Source: Octopus sinensis | Taxonomy: Eukaryota | NCBI RefSeq assembly: GCF_006345805.1 | Contig: NC_043006.1 | Location: forward strand, 4,216,001 to 4,280,000 | Direction: 5' to 3' | DNA: 64,000 nt | Shown here: in pieces, positions 36,820-49,816 of the stretch | Position numbering within the stretch: the first letter of the stretch is position 1 | Layout of the letters: each line of letters begins with the position of its first letter | Notes under the pieces: model-generated | The model's database searches: none | What the model was told of the DNA's origin: nothing | What the model saw: only the letters and a program-made list of their open reading frames with translations | Program-made: the position numbers and the translations under genes

Positions 36820-39800
36820 TAATATATGTCAATGAAAATATGGATTAGAAGCAGCTCAAGGCATGTAAACAATATCGAACACACATATAAAGGTATGTAT
36901 TTTGCTAGTTCGTGGATAAGCGTAAGAGAATATATTCTCAGCAATGCACCTGGCGTTAAAACACCAGTGTATGTGTGTTCGATATATATATATATAATTA
37001 GCATCTGCATTGAGAGACTAATAACCCATTGTAGAAGCCACTATACATATATTTTAGTACGAAGTATTAGCTAAGTATAGAAATAAGAAAGAGAGATGAC
37101 AAAGGAATAAATTATCATCTTATGGACTTCATTAGCTTACAGCTGTTTCTGTTATATAAGAAGCAGTAAACTCACAGTTGTCTGCCTAAATAACACTCTA
37201 TAGCTTCATCGGACCTTCGAATATGAAGCCAGAGCTCCGATGAAGCTATGGAGTGTTATTCAGGTACTCAACAATGAGTCCACTGCATCTTATAGAAGCT
37301 GTGAACTAATGATGTTCATAAGGTAATCATTTGTTCGTTTGTTATCTTGCATGGATGCCCAGAAGATGACCCGCAAGGAGAAGAAGGGTCTGGAGACTTA
37401 AAGATCCTGCTAACGGACATAGATTTAGAGACATATTACTCGGAGCCTTTGACGAAATAGAAGCGGATATAGCTTCACATGGTATAGAAGAGAACTGGAG
37501 GTTCCTACGGGACAACCTGCTAAGGGCCACCGACCAGCTCTGTGGATGGTGCAAAGTCCCCTCTCAACCCAAATTAACGTGGTGGAACAATGTTGTTTAT
37601 AAGGCTATTAGACAAAAGAGACAGGCTTGGAAGGACTTGAAGAACGGTGGTAACAGGGAAGTGTATCAGACTGCCAGAAGGGAAGGTAGGAGGCAGGTTT
37701 ATTTAGCCAGAGGGGAAGCAGATAAGAAAAAATTTACCAATGTTCTGTGCTGTGAGGACCAAAGACTTGAGGTATTTTGTGTTGCAAAGACAGTGAGTGA
37801 GAGAGAATCGTGATGTGGTAGGAGAGAAATGTGTTCGCATGGAAGACGGGTCACTTGCGCTAAATGAGGATGCAAAGAGAGAGGTTTGGAGACGCCACTA
37901 TGAAAGGTTGCTGAATAAAGAAAATGAATGGGATAAAGAGAGTCTGCTGAATGTCGACCCAACAGAGGGACCAGCTATCCGAGTTGACAGTTCCATGGTA
38001 GTTAAGGAAATTAGAAGTATGAAGACAGGGAAAGCCCCAGGCCCATGAGGAATCACTGCAGAGATGCTCAAAAATATAGGGAAGTGTCAGCTATAGCCTA
38101 GTCACTCATATAGTTAACCAGATGATACACGAAGGAGTCATACCCAATGACTGGTGTAGCAGTGACGCCCTAGATACAAATAATTACAGAAGTATCAAGC
38201 TGTTGGATCAGGTAATGAAGGTTATGGAGAGGGTCATAGCCCAACTAATTAGAGAGAGAGTTAGTTTAGATGAGATGCAGTTTGGGTTTGTGCCAGGGAA
38301 AAGCACCACTAATGCCATATTTCTGGTAAGACATCTGCAGGAGAAATATCTAGCCAAAGATAAACCCCTGTACCTGGCTTTCGTTGACATGGAGAGAGCT
38401 TTTGATAGGGTCCCCCCATTCCTTATCTGATGGTCAATGAGGAAACTAGGGATAGATGAATGGTTAGTGAGAGCTGTGCAAGCCATGTACAGGGAGGCTG
38501 TAAGTAAGGTAAGGGTTGGCAACGAGTACACTGAAGAATTCAAGGTAGAGTTTGGGGTCCAGTCCTCAGCCCCCTCCTATTTATCATAGTCCTCCAGGCA
38601 ATAACAGAGGAATTCAAGATAGGATGCCCCTGGGAGCTCCTCTATGCTGACGACCTTGCTCTAATTGCTGAGTCACTATCAGAACTAGAGGAGAAGTGTG
38701 GAAACAAGGATTAGAATCGAAGGGCCTTAGAGTCAACCTGGCTAAAACCGAAGTCCTAATAAGTAGGAAGGTTGGCAAACCACAAATGCCTTCAGGTAGA
38801 TGGCCCTGCTCGATCTGTAGTAGAGGCGTAGGTGGAAGCTCTATAAGATGTACCCAGTGGAAGACTAACTGGGAAGATAGCTTTTGTATGTGGCAGATGC
38901 TCAGGTGCAATAAACACTGACAATGCGCAGGGAACAACTTCCGCCACATTCCAGGGGGAAAAACTAGAAATAGTTGATAGCTTCCGTTATCTAGGTGACC
39001 AACTCAGTAGCGGAGGAGGGTGCGCTGAAAGTGTAGCTGCTAGAATAAGTATAGCTTGGGCAAAGTTCAGAGAGCTCTTACCTCTGCTGGCGACAAAGGG
39101 CCTCTTGCTCAGAGTAAAAGGTAGACTGTATGATGCATGTGTACGAATAGCCATGTTACATGGCAGTGAAACATGGGCTGTGACTGCTGAGGACATGCGT
39201 AAGCTCACAAGGAATGAAGCCCGTATGATCCAATGGATGTGTAATGTCAGTGTGCATACTCGACAGATTGTAAGTACCTTGAGAGAAATGTTGGACCTAA
39301 GAAGCATTAGATGTGGTGTGCAAGAGACACGACTGCACTGGTATGGTCATGTTGCGAGAATGTATGAAGATAGTTGTGTGAAAAAGTGCCACACCCTAGC
39401 GGTTGAGGGAATCTGTGGAAGACCTGGGAGGAAGTGGTGAAGCACGACCTTCGAACATTAGGTCTCACCAAGGAAACGACTAGCGACTGAGACTTTTGGA
39501 AATATGCTGTGCTCGAGAAGACCCGGCAAGCCAAATGAGACCATAACCCGTGGCCTATGCCAGGAGCGTAACCAGCCCGCTTATGCGTACCTTTTCCTTC
39601 CTTTTTTGGTCACTAAACTCTGCTGGCGAAGACCTGTTGAGGCAAGTGAAATCAAAATCAAAATCAATTCGATGACTGGCATTTGTGCTAGCAGGGTGCA
39701 AAGAACACCATACGAGTGTGATCGTTGACAGAGCGGCTATTCGAGTGTGATCGTTACCAGCGTCGCCTTACTGGCACTTACGCCTGTGCTAGTAGGGTGC

Positions 39801-40520
39801 CAAGAGCACCAGCTGAGCGTGATCGTTGCCAGAGCAGCCAACTGGCTTCCGTACCCGTGGCACGTAAAAGGGAACCATTCGAGCCTGATCGTTACCAACG
39901 TCGCTTCACTGGCACCTGTGCAAGTGGCACGTGTAAAAAGATTCAAGCGAGATCATTGCCAGTACTGCCTGACTGGCCCTCGTGCTGGTGGCACGTAAAA
40001 AGCACGCACTACACTCTCGGAGTGGTTGGCGTTAGGAAGGGCATCCAGTTGTAGAAACTCTACTAGATCAAGATTGGGGACTGGTGCAGACATCTGGTTC
40101 GCCAGCCCTCAGTCAAAATCGTCCGACCCATGCTAGCATGGAAAGCGGACGTTAAACGATGATGATGATGGTATATATATATATATAGGCATAAGCGTGG
40201 CTGTGTGGTAAGAAGCTTACCGAAGACCTATGAGGGGATTTGTAGACGGAAATTGAAAGAAGTCTGTCATATATATGTATGTATATATTTGTGTTTGTAT
40301 GTTTGTATTTGTCCCTCTACCATCGCTTGACAAGTGATGCTGGTGTGTTTATGTCCCTGTAACTTAGTGGCTCAGCAAAACAGTCCGATAGAATTAGTGC
40401 TAGGCTTACAAAGAATAAGTTCTGGGGTCGATTTTTTCGACTAACACTCTTTAAGGTGGTGTTTCAGCATGACCGCAGTCAGATGGCGAAACAAATGAAA
40501 AGAGTAAAAAGATGAATAGG

Positions 40521-40552
<32 letters not shown>

Positions 40553-42310
40553 TAAAAGGAGAGAGGTAGATATATAGATAGATATTTATACATTTAAGAA
40601 TAAGGCTAAGGACTTTGCAGACTTACCGTTTAATTAGAAAGTTGTTTGTTATATTTTTGAGTACAGTCTAAGGAATACGTTACACTGATGCTACGGCAGA
40701 AAAGGTGGATTTTATCATCAACTGTGACACATCAGCAAAGGTGTGTGTGTGTATGTGTGTGTGTGTGTGCGCGCACACTCGTAATGTCTGTTATAATAGC
40801 CATTAGTAATTTATCATCAGTTGAAAATTCAATAGAAAATCCCACCAAACACTTGTTTACTAGCTGCAATTATATATTTATGCCTGTTTACTTATCTATA
40901 TCTTTCTTAAACGCTTTGTTAATAACAAACGGGTAATCTGCAGAGTTGGAGTAATGAGTCACTCATAGAGCTATTTACTTTTCTTTTTAGACTGGCATGG
41001 TTTAGAGCAGTGGATCTTAACCTAGATGATAGCGCCAGTTTTGGAGCGTTGCGAGTTCACAGGGGCTAAAAAACATGTCAAGAAGTTACTACAGGGTCGC
41101 TGAAGAAATATTTTAACAGATACAGCACATTCTTTAAAACACATTTTCGAAATAGTTGCAAGAATTGGGATATGAGAAGAACAGTGTAATCAGAAATATG
41201 GCTGATGAGTTTCAAGTTCCAAAATAATAAGTCCTCTCTTCTTTCAGAATTTCTGTACGAATTCAGCATAAGAGCACACTACTTCATGTAAAATATCTAA
41301 AACGATGCACATGCATGGCGGATCTACTGTAAAAACCTATGGACACCACTGCGCAAAATTGGGTTCAATTTGATTACAATAATCTTTATTGTTTTGTAAA
41401 ACGGTGGGAAAGACATTTGTCAAATACCAGCTACAAAATATTGTGAATCTGTTTTCTAAAGGAAGGGGTTGTTTTCATTGCCTTTGAGGTCAACGTGGTT
41501 ACTGTTTCTTAGAACATTTCAAGTTGATGGCAAGAAGAAAAACGTGTAATTATTCAGTTATTTCAGAGATTTTAATATGGGCTACCACATTATGAAAGAC
41601 ACATATAAGAGAGTTTAGTGAGTCTGGAGAGAGTTAATGTAGGTGGTGAGAGACCAAACAACTTCCAGAAGTAGACACCATTGCAATGGTAGTAACAAAG
41701 GTAGATAGTGAGGAAAGGGAACTTTCGTGTGTCAGAAGTTGTAGTGCGTTTATGGACAACTTCATGTTTATCAATCTTGGTGTTGTACAGCCTCAGTTGA
41801 GATCTGGTCCAGCAAACTTTTGACACACAGATAGTAAACCATCAATTAGGTTCGATTCACAAATGTGTTGCACCAGATATACCATGGTTCTGTCTGGCTA
41901 ACAGGTATACATTTTACATTGATATGAAGTGACCAAACACTTTCAACTCACAATGAGGCTGGTCAAAGTGAGGCACTATAGAAGATACCTGCTAAGGCTG
42001 CCATACAGCTAGTTCGAACTCAGAACCACCTAGATGTGAATTTAAACTTTTAACCACATAGGCATGTTTGTGTTCCTTCAAGTGATTTATGTCTATATCG
42101 TTAATCAATAGTTTAGGTAGAAGATTTTGCTATCGTTAAGCCCAATGTCAGTTTTGATAGAGCAGACCTGTGATCAAAGGCGTTCCAGCCATCACCAGCC
42201 TTTCTGTTTTCAGGCATATTTATCTAAGACTGCATTATCCTATTTCTCTTTTCTTTTTTAGGATAGTAGGGTGTGGTTTGAGGGAGATTTTGCTCTGCTT
42301 TCTATCAAGT
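32221..42310 (+). repeat. 10.1-kb segment, copy 2
   Basis: Begins right after the gap with the sequence found at 22042; ends with the sequence that precedes the gap. Confidence 0.95.
37335..40170 (+). mobile_element. RTE-clade LINE remnant, second copy within the duplication
   Basis: Same as 27160-29995. Confidence 0.92.
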
Positions 42311-43811
42311 TATTTCTTTATTTCTGCTTTCTATCAAGTGACCACTTACAAGCATTATACTTACGTTAGTTGAGTAGGGGAAAAAAGTGAAGACTACACG
42401 AAAACAGGTAACATCTGGTAAGAATACATTGTTAAATATATTTATATTGTATATTCGATGCTGACTGGTGTCATAAAATGATGAATTGCTACTAATAAAA
42501 CAGTTGTTAATCTATAAAGTTACTAAGACATAATGTAATGAAGCTAACACGTGGAACATATTTCTTATTGTTCTTGGTGACTTTTATCTTTTGTAAGTCT
42601 TTGTAGCTGTCTTACTCTTTCCCACATTCTTGCCGCTGGTGTCGCCAGTGCAAAATCTGAATCTTTTCCACACCCCAACTCCCTTCGTCAATTTGTCTCA
42701 TCCCATATACGCATCTCTGATTGACTCTCAGATACTCCAAACACTATGATTTCTTTCTCACCTGCAACTACCGGGTCATCCGTTACTGCATCATTGTAGT
42801 TAGCCAGCACATCCTTATATCATACAGCATCCTTACAGTTTTGTACAAATGACTCTTTGGGTGGTGTTTACCAAGCACTACATCTTCAAGGTCACTTTCC
42901 AAATCGCAAGAGGTAATTTAGTGCATTGTATGTCCCTCAAGCTATTTTGCCATCTAAATTGTACCCGATCCTTTTAGTCCCACCCCCAAAAGTGGAGAAG
43001 TATACATTTTTAATCAGCTTACGCACATTCGGATCCATTGGTATTATATAATTCTGGGATTAATTCAATAAGCATATTGATCAATTCATATTTATTTACG
43101 CTAAATTTACTTGGCTAAAAGAAGCTTGGCTGAAATTATAGCAGTACGTAACACAAAGAAGTTTCTTGAAGTGAAGTTGGCCAACTCATTTAATAACTGT
43201 AATATGGATTGTAGTAGCAACAATAATAATAATATTGGCAATAATAATATTAACCACAGTGGCAATAGTAAGGAAGATAATATTTTAGTAATGATAGTGG
43301 TACTAAAAGTCATAGTACTAGTAATAATGAGGTTAAGGAAAGTAATGATAGAAAGCTTCGTAGGATTACACATAATAATTCCGAAGTATCAAGCATGAAT
43401 TATGAAAGCATATATATCGGATGTGTCGTATCTTAATGTAGATGGGACTACTTGCTAAACACCTGATATAGATAGAATGTGAAATTTTTAAATAAGTCTC
43501 TTAATTACAGGCTAAACCGTTTATATAGCTATAAAGCAAATCGCCTAAAATGTTCACTAAGAAAGAACTTAGTGTACAAATGCTCATTAACAACAGGTTT
43601 TATGCAACTGTTACATGATCACATCACTTCGTTCAAATTTAGGAAAAAAAAGAAAACAACATTTCTCTTCAAAAAATTCGTCCGGAGCCTAAAGGAGAGG
43701 ATTGTTAGGTATGATATAAAATTATCTATAACAAGTAAAGTTCTGCCATATAATGATGGTGAATTAATGATCTGTTTTGAAATTACAGCTGTTGAAAATT
43801 CTGTGGATTAC

Positions 43812-43883
43812 CCAACAAGTCGTTGTTCACTTGTTTACATGGCTGCTTGATGAGCTTGGAAGTTATATACTGTGTTGCATACT
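43812..43883 (-). CDS. Putative downstream exon of the ANK/RING gene (72 nt, phase 1-1): (E)YATQYITSKLIKQPCKQVNNDLL
   Basis: ...catttAG / GTaatc splice sites; phase matches the preceding exon. Confidence 0.45.
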
Positions 43884-44154
43884 CTAAATGATACATCAAA
43901 ATAAAAACTCCTAGTGAAATAATTGTAGCAACGATTGAAAACCAATTCGTTTGTTTTATCTGTTACACCTCATTCAAGGTTCCACTCTTGGAATTGCGAA
44001 GTACCAAACACTGACTTTACTTCATCAATACTTTATATGCTTGGATAACAAATTACTTCACTATCTTCTCTGGGTACTTCTGTCAAGTTCATTTGTTGCA
44101 TTTTTCACTTTGATAAGCCTTGATCATCTATGAATCTATTGTAATATATATATA

Positions 44155-44281
44155 TTCTCGGAGTGGTTGGCGTTAAGAAGGGCATCCAGCCGTAGAAACT
44201 CTGCCAGATCAGAATGGAGTCTGGTTCGCCAGACCTCAGTCAAATCGTACAACATATGCTAGCATGGAAAGCGGACGTTAA

Positions 44282-44340
<59 letters not shown>
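44155..44340 (+). mobile_element. Isolated RTE 3' tail with long (GAT)n; a shorter copy is at ~53855-53925
   Basis: GGAGTGGTTGGCGTTAAGAAGGGCATCCAGC...ATGCTAGCATGGAAAGCGGACGTTAAATGATG, matching the RTE end at 29840-29995. Confidence 0.85.
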
Positions 44341-44341
<1 letters not shown>

Positions 44342-44598
44342 GTGGTGGTGTAAAACAAACAAAAACATCACCCATTTATTCGCCTGTTTACATCAAAATC
44401 CATAAAGACAATATTAACTCTATTGCGTTTCCTTGGTGGATATTTTATGATATTTCAGGAACATCGTTAACAGAATTACTTTACAGCTAACTGTTCAAAT
44501 GGAAATTAGGGATCAAACCTGTCCCCAGTCAAACAAAATAGCTGAACTAAAGATAAAACCGATGGAAGTCAATAAAAGTGTTGCAATGTTTTACTCAC

Positions 44599-44893
44599 CA
44601 TCTGGCTCTGATGTACAACGCTCAGGTTGTGATGTAGAAAGCATAGATTGTGATGTAGAACGCTCAGACTGTGATGTAAAAGGCTCAGGCTGTCATGTAG
44701 AAGGCATAGGCTGTGATGTAGTCCGCTTAGACTGTGACGTAGAAGGTTTAGGCTGTGATGTAGAAGGTATAGGCTGTGATGTAGACCGCTTGGGCTGTGA
44801 TGTAGAAGGCATAGATTGTGATGTAGAAGGCATAGGCTGTGATGTAGAACGCTCAGGCTGTGATGTAGAAGGCTCAGGCTGTGACTGGAGTGT
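44599..44893 (-). pseudogene. Exon of the ANK/RING gene made of a 21-bp repeat encoding (PSTSQPE)n; in-frame TGA at 44693-44695
   Basis: tttttatttcAG / GTGAGT; 295 nt, phase 0-1; one repeat TCA (Ser) is TGA. Confidence 0.65.
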
Positions 44894-45349
44894 CTGAAAT
44901 AAAAATGTCCAAGTTTTGCACATTACTGTAAAGTTTCCCTTGTTAAAAATCTATATTTTATTATTGTGAGACTTTCCTATCATCAATAGTCAACTAGTGA
45001 TCAGTAGTCATTTGACCAACATTTTTATGCCTTCCCTCATGGTCCCATTAGTAGCATCAAATTTAGGTCCACAACAAAAATAGGCTAACTTTCCTAAATT
45101 TACTCTCTCAATTAAGACATCCTCCATAATCTAACATTGTTGCAATTTTCTCATTTAATTATCATTTGATAACTCTATTTTGTGTTCTTTTGTTCGTTTA
45201 GACTTTCGTTTCTTATTTAAGGGGCTTGGTTTAAATTTGTCAGTTTGCATAAAAGGAGAAGATTGCACAATATTACCTATTCAAAAATAAAAGTATTTAA
45301 TTAAGTTAAAACATTTCATCTCGAGGTGGCAAGAAAATAATAAGTTACT

Positions 45350-45790
45350 CAAAGCAATTTCTCTCAGCTTCCACCATGCTCTGAAGGTGTCTCTATGGTG
45401 CCTGGAAAATCTTTTAACACCTTCTTAGTCTCGGCCACCAGCCCAACCTTCGTGTTGCAGTCAGAGCAGATGGTGTCTTTCTCACAGGGTGACCCATACT
45501 TAATAATTCATGGGATTAAAATCAGGGAAATTACGAGGCTAAAAATTGGGTCTGCGGAAGTCATAAAAATACTTTGACAACCACTTCTGCCTCTTTCTGA
45601 AGTTATGGAAAGGAACCGAATTCTGCTGCCTTGTATAAGGCCTTCCAGCCGCAACTGTGTACATACAGAGTTTTACCACCATCTCCAGGAGCATCACATA
45701 ATCATCTTAATTGAACCTAAGACCATATTCAAAGACGTGGGGTGGCATCACATCACCCTCACTGCAGACGCGTCTGAAAACCTACTGCCC
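45350..45790 (-). mobile_element. Tc1/mariner maT (DD37D-like) transposase remnant
   Basis: Decayed SEGDVMPPHVFE.GLR.N...Y..LL..VVK...GRPY..QQ.S.P.H..RK.QKWLS..FYDF...N..P..PD.NPM.Y.VW. Confidence 0.8.
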
Positions 45791-45942
45791 ATGGCTCTGT
45801 AGACCCCCTTGCACAAGTCCATGTCGTGGCTTACAGCTTTCACAATGTTTACAAATTACTGCACAGCAACTATTATATTGTACACATAATCCTAATAACT
45901 CTTTGCCAATCTTCAGTTTGCTTCCAGTCAATGTCAACTAAC

Positions 45943-46007
45943 TTTTAACTCAACTACATATTTCATCATGATACTCTCCACTCTCATTAGTTGTTCATCA
46001 ATACATC
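45943..46007 (-). CDS. Putative exon of the ANK/RING gene (65 nt, phase 1-0): (G)CIDEQLMRVESIMMKYVVELK
   Basis: ccAG / GTTAGT; phase-compatible with both neighbours. Confidence 0.55.
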
Positions 46008-46199
46008 CTGGTATCTCAGAAACAAAAAATACACAAACAGTTGTCAAATTTAATGTGAACACGCTGTATCTGTGCTACACATAAGACAAGACACTGTTCT
46101 TTCACCTCTAGAAATTACTAACCAAAATTCTTCTCATCTTCTCCAATATATCGGAAATTGTACGTAAGAAGAATATACAAGCAAGACGTAGATACTCAC

Positions 46200-46247
46200 C
46201 AACTTGCTGTGATGTCTTCAGTACGTCCCCTCTCGACATTTGAGGCT
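46200..46247 (-). CDS. Putative exon of the ANK/RING gene (48 nt, phase 1-1): (E)PQMSRGDVLKTSQQV
   Basis: ttgcAG / GTGAGT; phase-compatible. Confidence 0.55.
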
Positions 46248-46803
46248 CTGCAATTAATATTTCCAAGTTTTATATTTATAGTATAACTACATTATTTAAT
46301 AATAATCTATTTCATTATTATAGGACATCTTATCATCAATGGTCAACTGGTTATCACTATGACTGGTTACTATGTCACAGCTCAATGTCAACTCCGTTGG
46401 AGTTGAAAAAAGATATATAGCCACAAACACACAACACCTCATTTGAAATAGGTAACACATACACCTGCTCTCTTTGATTAAACGTTGCCGCTGGTAATCT
46501 TTAATTCTAACAGCTGACAACACAGTTCACCAGAATTCCATCTGATTCAGCAAATATTTGGGCATATTTCAACCTGAGCATCCCTTATTAATAAAGCAGC
46601 TTTCTTTCCAGATATTCTGCAAGTGGAATCCGGGGTCCTCCATACTTGCACAAACTTCTTTCACTACATGTAACTTGTCAAACACTTATTATTGCATTGG
46701 AAGTCTCTAAAATGTTACAAAGGAACTGATACTCAAGAATATGAGTAATAAAGAAAATAAGGTCAGTGAGACAAACAGACAGATTATCAAATAGTATTCT
46801 TAC

Positions 46804-46934
46804 CACTTCCCTCAATACATTGTTTACAAGTGGGGCATTTTTCACGAGCAATTTTGATATAACATTCATGACACAGGAGAGTATGTCCACATGGTATGAA
46901 TTTTGAAGGGGCGTTAGCTTCACAATATGTGCAT
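46804..46934 (-). CDS. RING-finger (C3HC4-type) exon of a Mind-bomb-like E3 ligase
   Basis: ttccacAG / GTAAGA; 131 nt, phase 2-1; CTYCEANAPSKFIPCGHTLLCHECYIKIAREKCPTCKQCI. Confidence 0.88.
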
Positions 46935-47084
46935 CTGTGGAACAAAATACAAACACATCACAACAATAACTTTCATTTATAATAAAGATTACGTTGTGTA
47001 CGTGTTTAGAATACAGAATATCACAAGACCCTACAATGACGAGCAAGAATACATCAGAAGGCTTCCTTTTAATAATTACATATT

Positions 47085-47351
47085 TCTTTACTACCCACAA
47101 GGGGCTAAACACAGAGGGGACAAACAAGGACAGCCAGATGGATTAAGTCGATTATATCGACCCCAGTGCGTAACTGGTACTTAATTTATCGACCCTGAAA
47201 GGATGAAAGGCAAAGTCGATCTCGGCGGAATTTGAACTCAGAACGTAACAGCAGACGAAATACCTATTTCTTTACTACCTACAAGGGGATAAACACAGAG
47301 AGGACAAACAAAGACAGACAAACGGATTAAGTCGATTATATCGACCCCAGT
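47085..47351 (-). mobile_element. SINE family B, head-to-tail fragments
   Basis: CACAAGGGGCTAAACACAGAG..ATCGACCCCAGTGCGTAACTGGTAC..GGAATTTGAACTCAG (B box on the minus strand). Confidence 0.85.
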
Positions 47352-47638
47352 GCAGCTCCCATGACTTTCGGAAACATTTTTTCACGCTAAGAGTTGCTGA
47401 AGCATGGAACAAACTGCTGACATCAGTGGTTAGTTGTCGGAGCACTGCATCCTTCAAAACGTCCATGCTTCCTGAGATTCGCCAACACTACACCTAATTT
47501 TCTCCCCTCCATACACATGCAAGCATACACTGTTCACTTTCCAGACATTTGTACATTACTGCATATACTTTATACGCACTTTTGGCAAGTTGTGGTGCAC
47601 CTGAGCACTGTATACAATAATTTCATTATTATTATTAT
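47352..47638 (+). mobile_element. 5'-truncated copy of the LINE at 1-2033
   Basis: Colinear with ~1752-2033, including the (ATT)n tail. Confidence 0.92.
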
Positions 47639-47906
47639 ATGAACACAAGTTCACTTGTATATATACCGTAAACCCTCGAGTATAATACGCAGGGGATTTT
47701 TAGGGGACTGTATCTCTGAAAAACCTAAACCTTGTCTATAATACGCACCCCTTCTCTAACTTGAGTCAAGGAGGTCTATATAACGTTCTTGGTTTGTATA
47801 TATATTATATATATATATATATATAAATAATAAATATTAGGGAATAAATCCAAATTTACAGGGAAAAAATCAGATTTAGGATTAAATCCATTTTATAGTA
47901 AAATAT

Positions 47907-48079
47907 TATAAAATATTATTAGAGACAAAACCACTATTTTGCAAAACAAACAAGGAAAGACTTAATCAATACATAAAATTTTAATAATTTTTGACTATTT
48001 ATTAAAATTTTATGTATTGATTAAGTCTTTCCTTGTTTGTTTTGCAAAATAGTGGTTTTGTCTCTAATAATATTTTATA
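47907..48079. repeat. Palindrome with ~80-bp arms and a 13-nt spacer, abutting (TA)n
   Basis: 47907-47986 is the reverse complement of 48000-48079. Confidence 0.9.
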
Positions 48080-48093
48080 TATATATATATATA

Positions 48094-48464
48094 TATAAAG
48101 CTGAAGTTGTCTGTGTATGGCAGGTTTGGTAGCCTTCAACTAACACTACCTCCCCCGAGACCCTGCAAAATTGAGAGTATGATAGAAGGCTTGCTCTTCC
48201 CTCCGTAGATAAAAAATTCAAATCGGACTTTGATAACACCAAAAATTATTTACATCAAAAGGTGCTTTTTTTCTATGAAAACCCTATTTTTTACGGTTTT
48301 TTGACTGCTGTGTCGCCATTTATCGGTGTATTTCAAACAGAAAAATGTTCACTTAAAGAGAATAACAAGCTACATAATGCAAAAGTTTTACTTTTCAAAC
48401 ATTCCAGTACTAAAGGGTCAAAACAAACCCGAGCAACGCCGGGCAATACTGCTAGACTGCTAGT
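48094..48464 (+). mobile_element. Non-autonomous Helitron
   Basis: 3' hairpin CCCGAGCAACGCCGGG followed by ...CTGCTAG; similar 3' ends at 53755-53782 and 58322-58352. Confidence 0.7.
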
Positions 48465-48644
48465 ATATATATATATATATATATATATATACCAATTAAG
48501 GACTGAACACGAAAAGTGGACAGTCAACATGCTAGATATAGACGTCAAATCGCCATTCACCACAAAAGATTATGTTCTCAGGTCAAACTCAGCACAAAAC
48601 CATAGCAATAAACAAGTGAAAAATATACGAACTAAAATAATTAC

Positions 48645-48708
48645 CCATGTACTAATTAGTTTCAGCTGTTATTTTCCGCAAGGAAAACTGCAGCCATCAT
48701 CAGCATGG
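48645..48708 (-). ncRNA. Type I hammerhead ribozyme, element 4 copy 1
   Basis: CCATG CTGATGA T GGCTG-CAG-TTTTCC-TTGC-GGAAAA-TAA-CAGCT GAAA CTAATTAG TA CATGG; GUA site. Confidence 0.82.
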
Positions 48709-49150
48709 TCCGTTATAAATGCAATTTGCTGGACTAGATGCAAACACGATACCGAAATATCGCGTGCATGGAGTTCAGCCTATTACATTTGAATACATCT
48801 TTCAAATGCCTTTACTTTGGCGCGTTGAGGCCCGAGAAAACTAGCCTGCAGCTAATAATTAGCAGCAGTCAATTTATCGGTTAGAGAACATATTTATTTA
48901 TATAAAATTAATTAAGGGTAGAAATTGATATTTATCAATTAAGACCAGTGGTCTAGCATATTAAAAAAGAATCCGAAGATTAAAATATTTATATATACCA
49001 ATTAAGGACTGAACACGAAAAGTGGACAGTCAACATGCTAGATATAGACGTCAAATCGCCATTCACCACAAAAGATTATGTTCTCAGATCAAACTCAGCA
49101 CAAAACCATAGCAATAAACAAGTGAAAAATATACGAAATAAAATAATTAC

Positions 49151-49214
49151 CCATGTACTAATTAGTTTCAGCTGTTATTTTCCGCAAGGAAAACTGCAGC
49201 CATCATCAGCATGG
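49151..49214 (-). ncRNA. Type I hammerhead ribozyme, element 4 copy 2
   Basis: Identical to copy 1, 506 bp away. Confidence 0.82.
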
Positions 49215-49516
49215 TATATATAATTGGTATATATAAATATTTTAATCTTCGGATTCTTTTTTAATATGCTAGACCACTGGTCTTAATTGATAAATATCAA
49301 TTTCTACCCTTAATTAATTTTATATAAATAAATATGTTCTCTAACCGATAAATTGACTGCTGCTAATTATTAGCTGCAGGCTAGTTTTCTCGGGCCTCAA
49401 CGCGCCAAAGTAAAGGCATTTGAAAGATGTATTCAAATGTAATAGGCTGAACTCCATGCACGCGATATTTCGGTATCGTGTTTGCATCTAGTCCAGCAAA
49501 TTGCATTTATAACGGA

Positions 49517-49579
49517 CCATGCTGATGATGGCTGCAGTTTTCCTTGCGGAAATAACAGCTGAAACTAATTAGTACATGG
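49517..49579 (+). ncRNA. Type I hammerhead ribozyme, element 4 copy 3 (opposite strand)
   Basis: Same fold with one A missing from distal stem II. Confidence 0.82.
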
Positions 49580-49816
49580 GTAATTATTTTATTTCGTATA
49601 TTTTTCACTTGTTTATTGCTATGGTTTTGTGCTGAGTTTGATCTGAGAACATAATCTTTTGTGGTGAATGGCGATTTGACGTCTATATCTAGCATGTTGA
49701 CTGTCCACTTTTCGTGTTCAGTCCTTAATTGGTATATATAAATATTTTAATCTTCGGATTCTTTTTTAATATGCTAGACCACTGGTCTTAATTGATAAAT
49801 ATCAATTTCTACCCTA

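Noticed and set aside
44620-44885. CRISPR-like regular short repeats
   Set aside because: Contiguous tandem units with no unique spacers, in eukaryotic DNA
44499-44897. Plus-strand ORF with CDVEGIG repeats
   Set aside because: Antisense reading of the 21-bp repeat; splice signals and gene context support the minus strand
46465-46706. Exon-like 242-nt block between the RING exon and the 48-nt exon
   Set aside because: Stops in all three frames, and the gene model stays in phase without it; may be a dead exon
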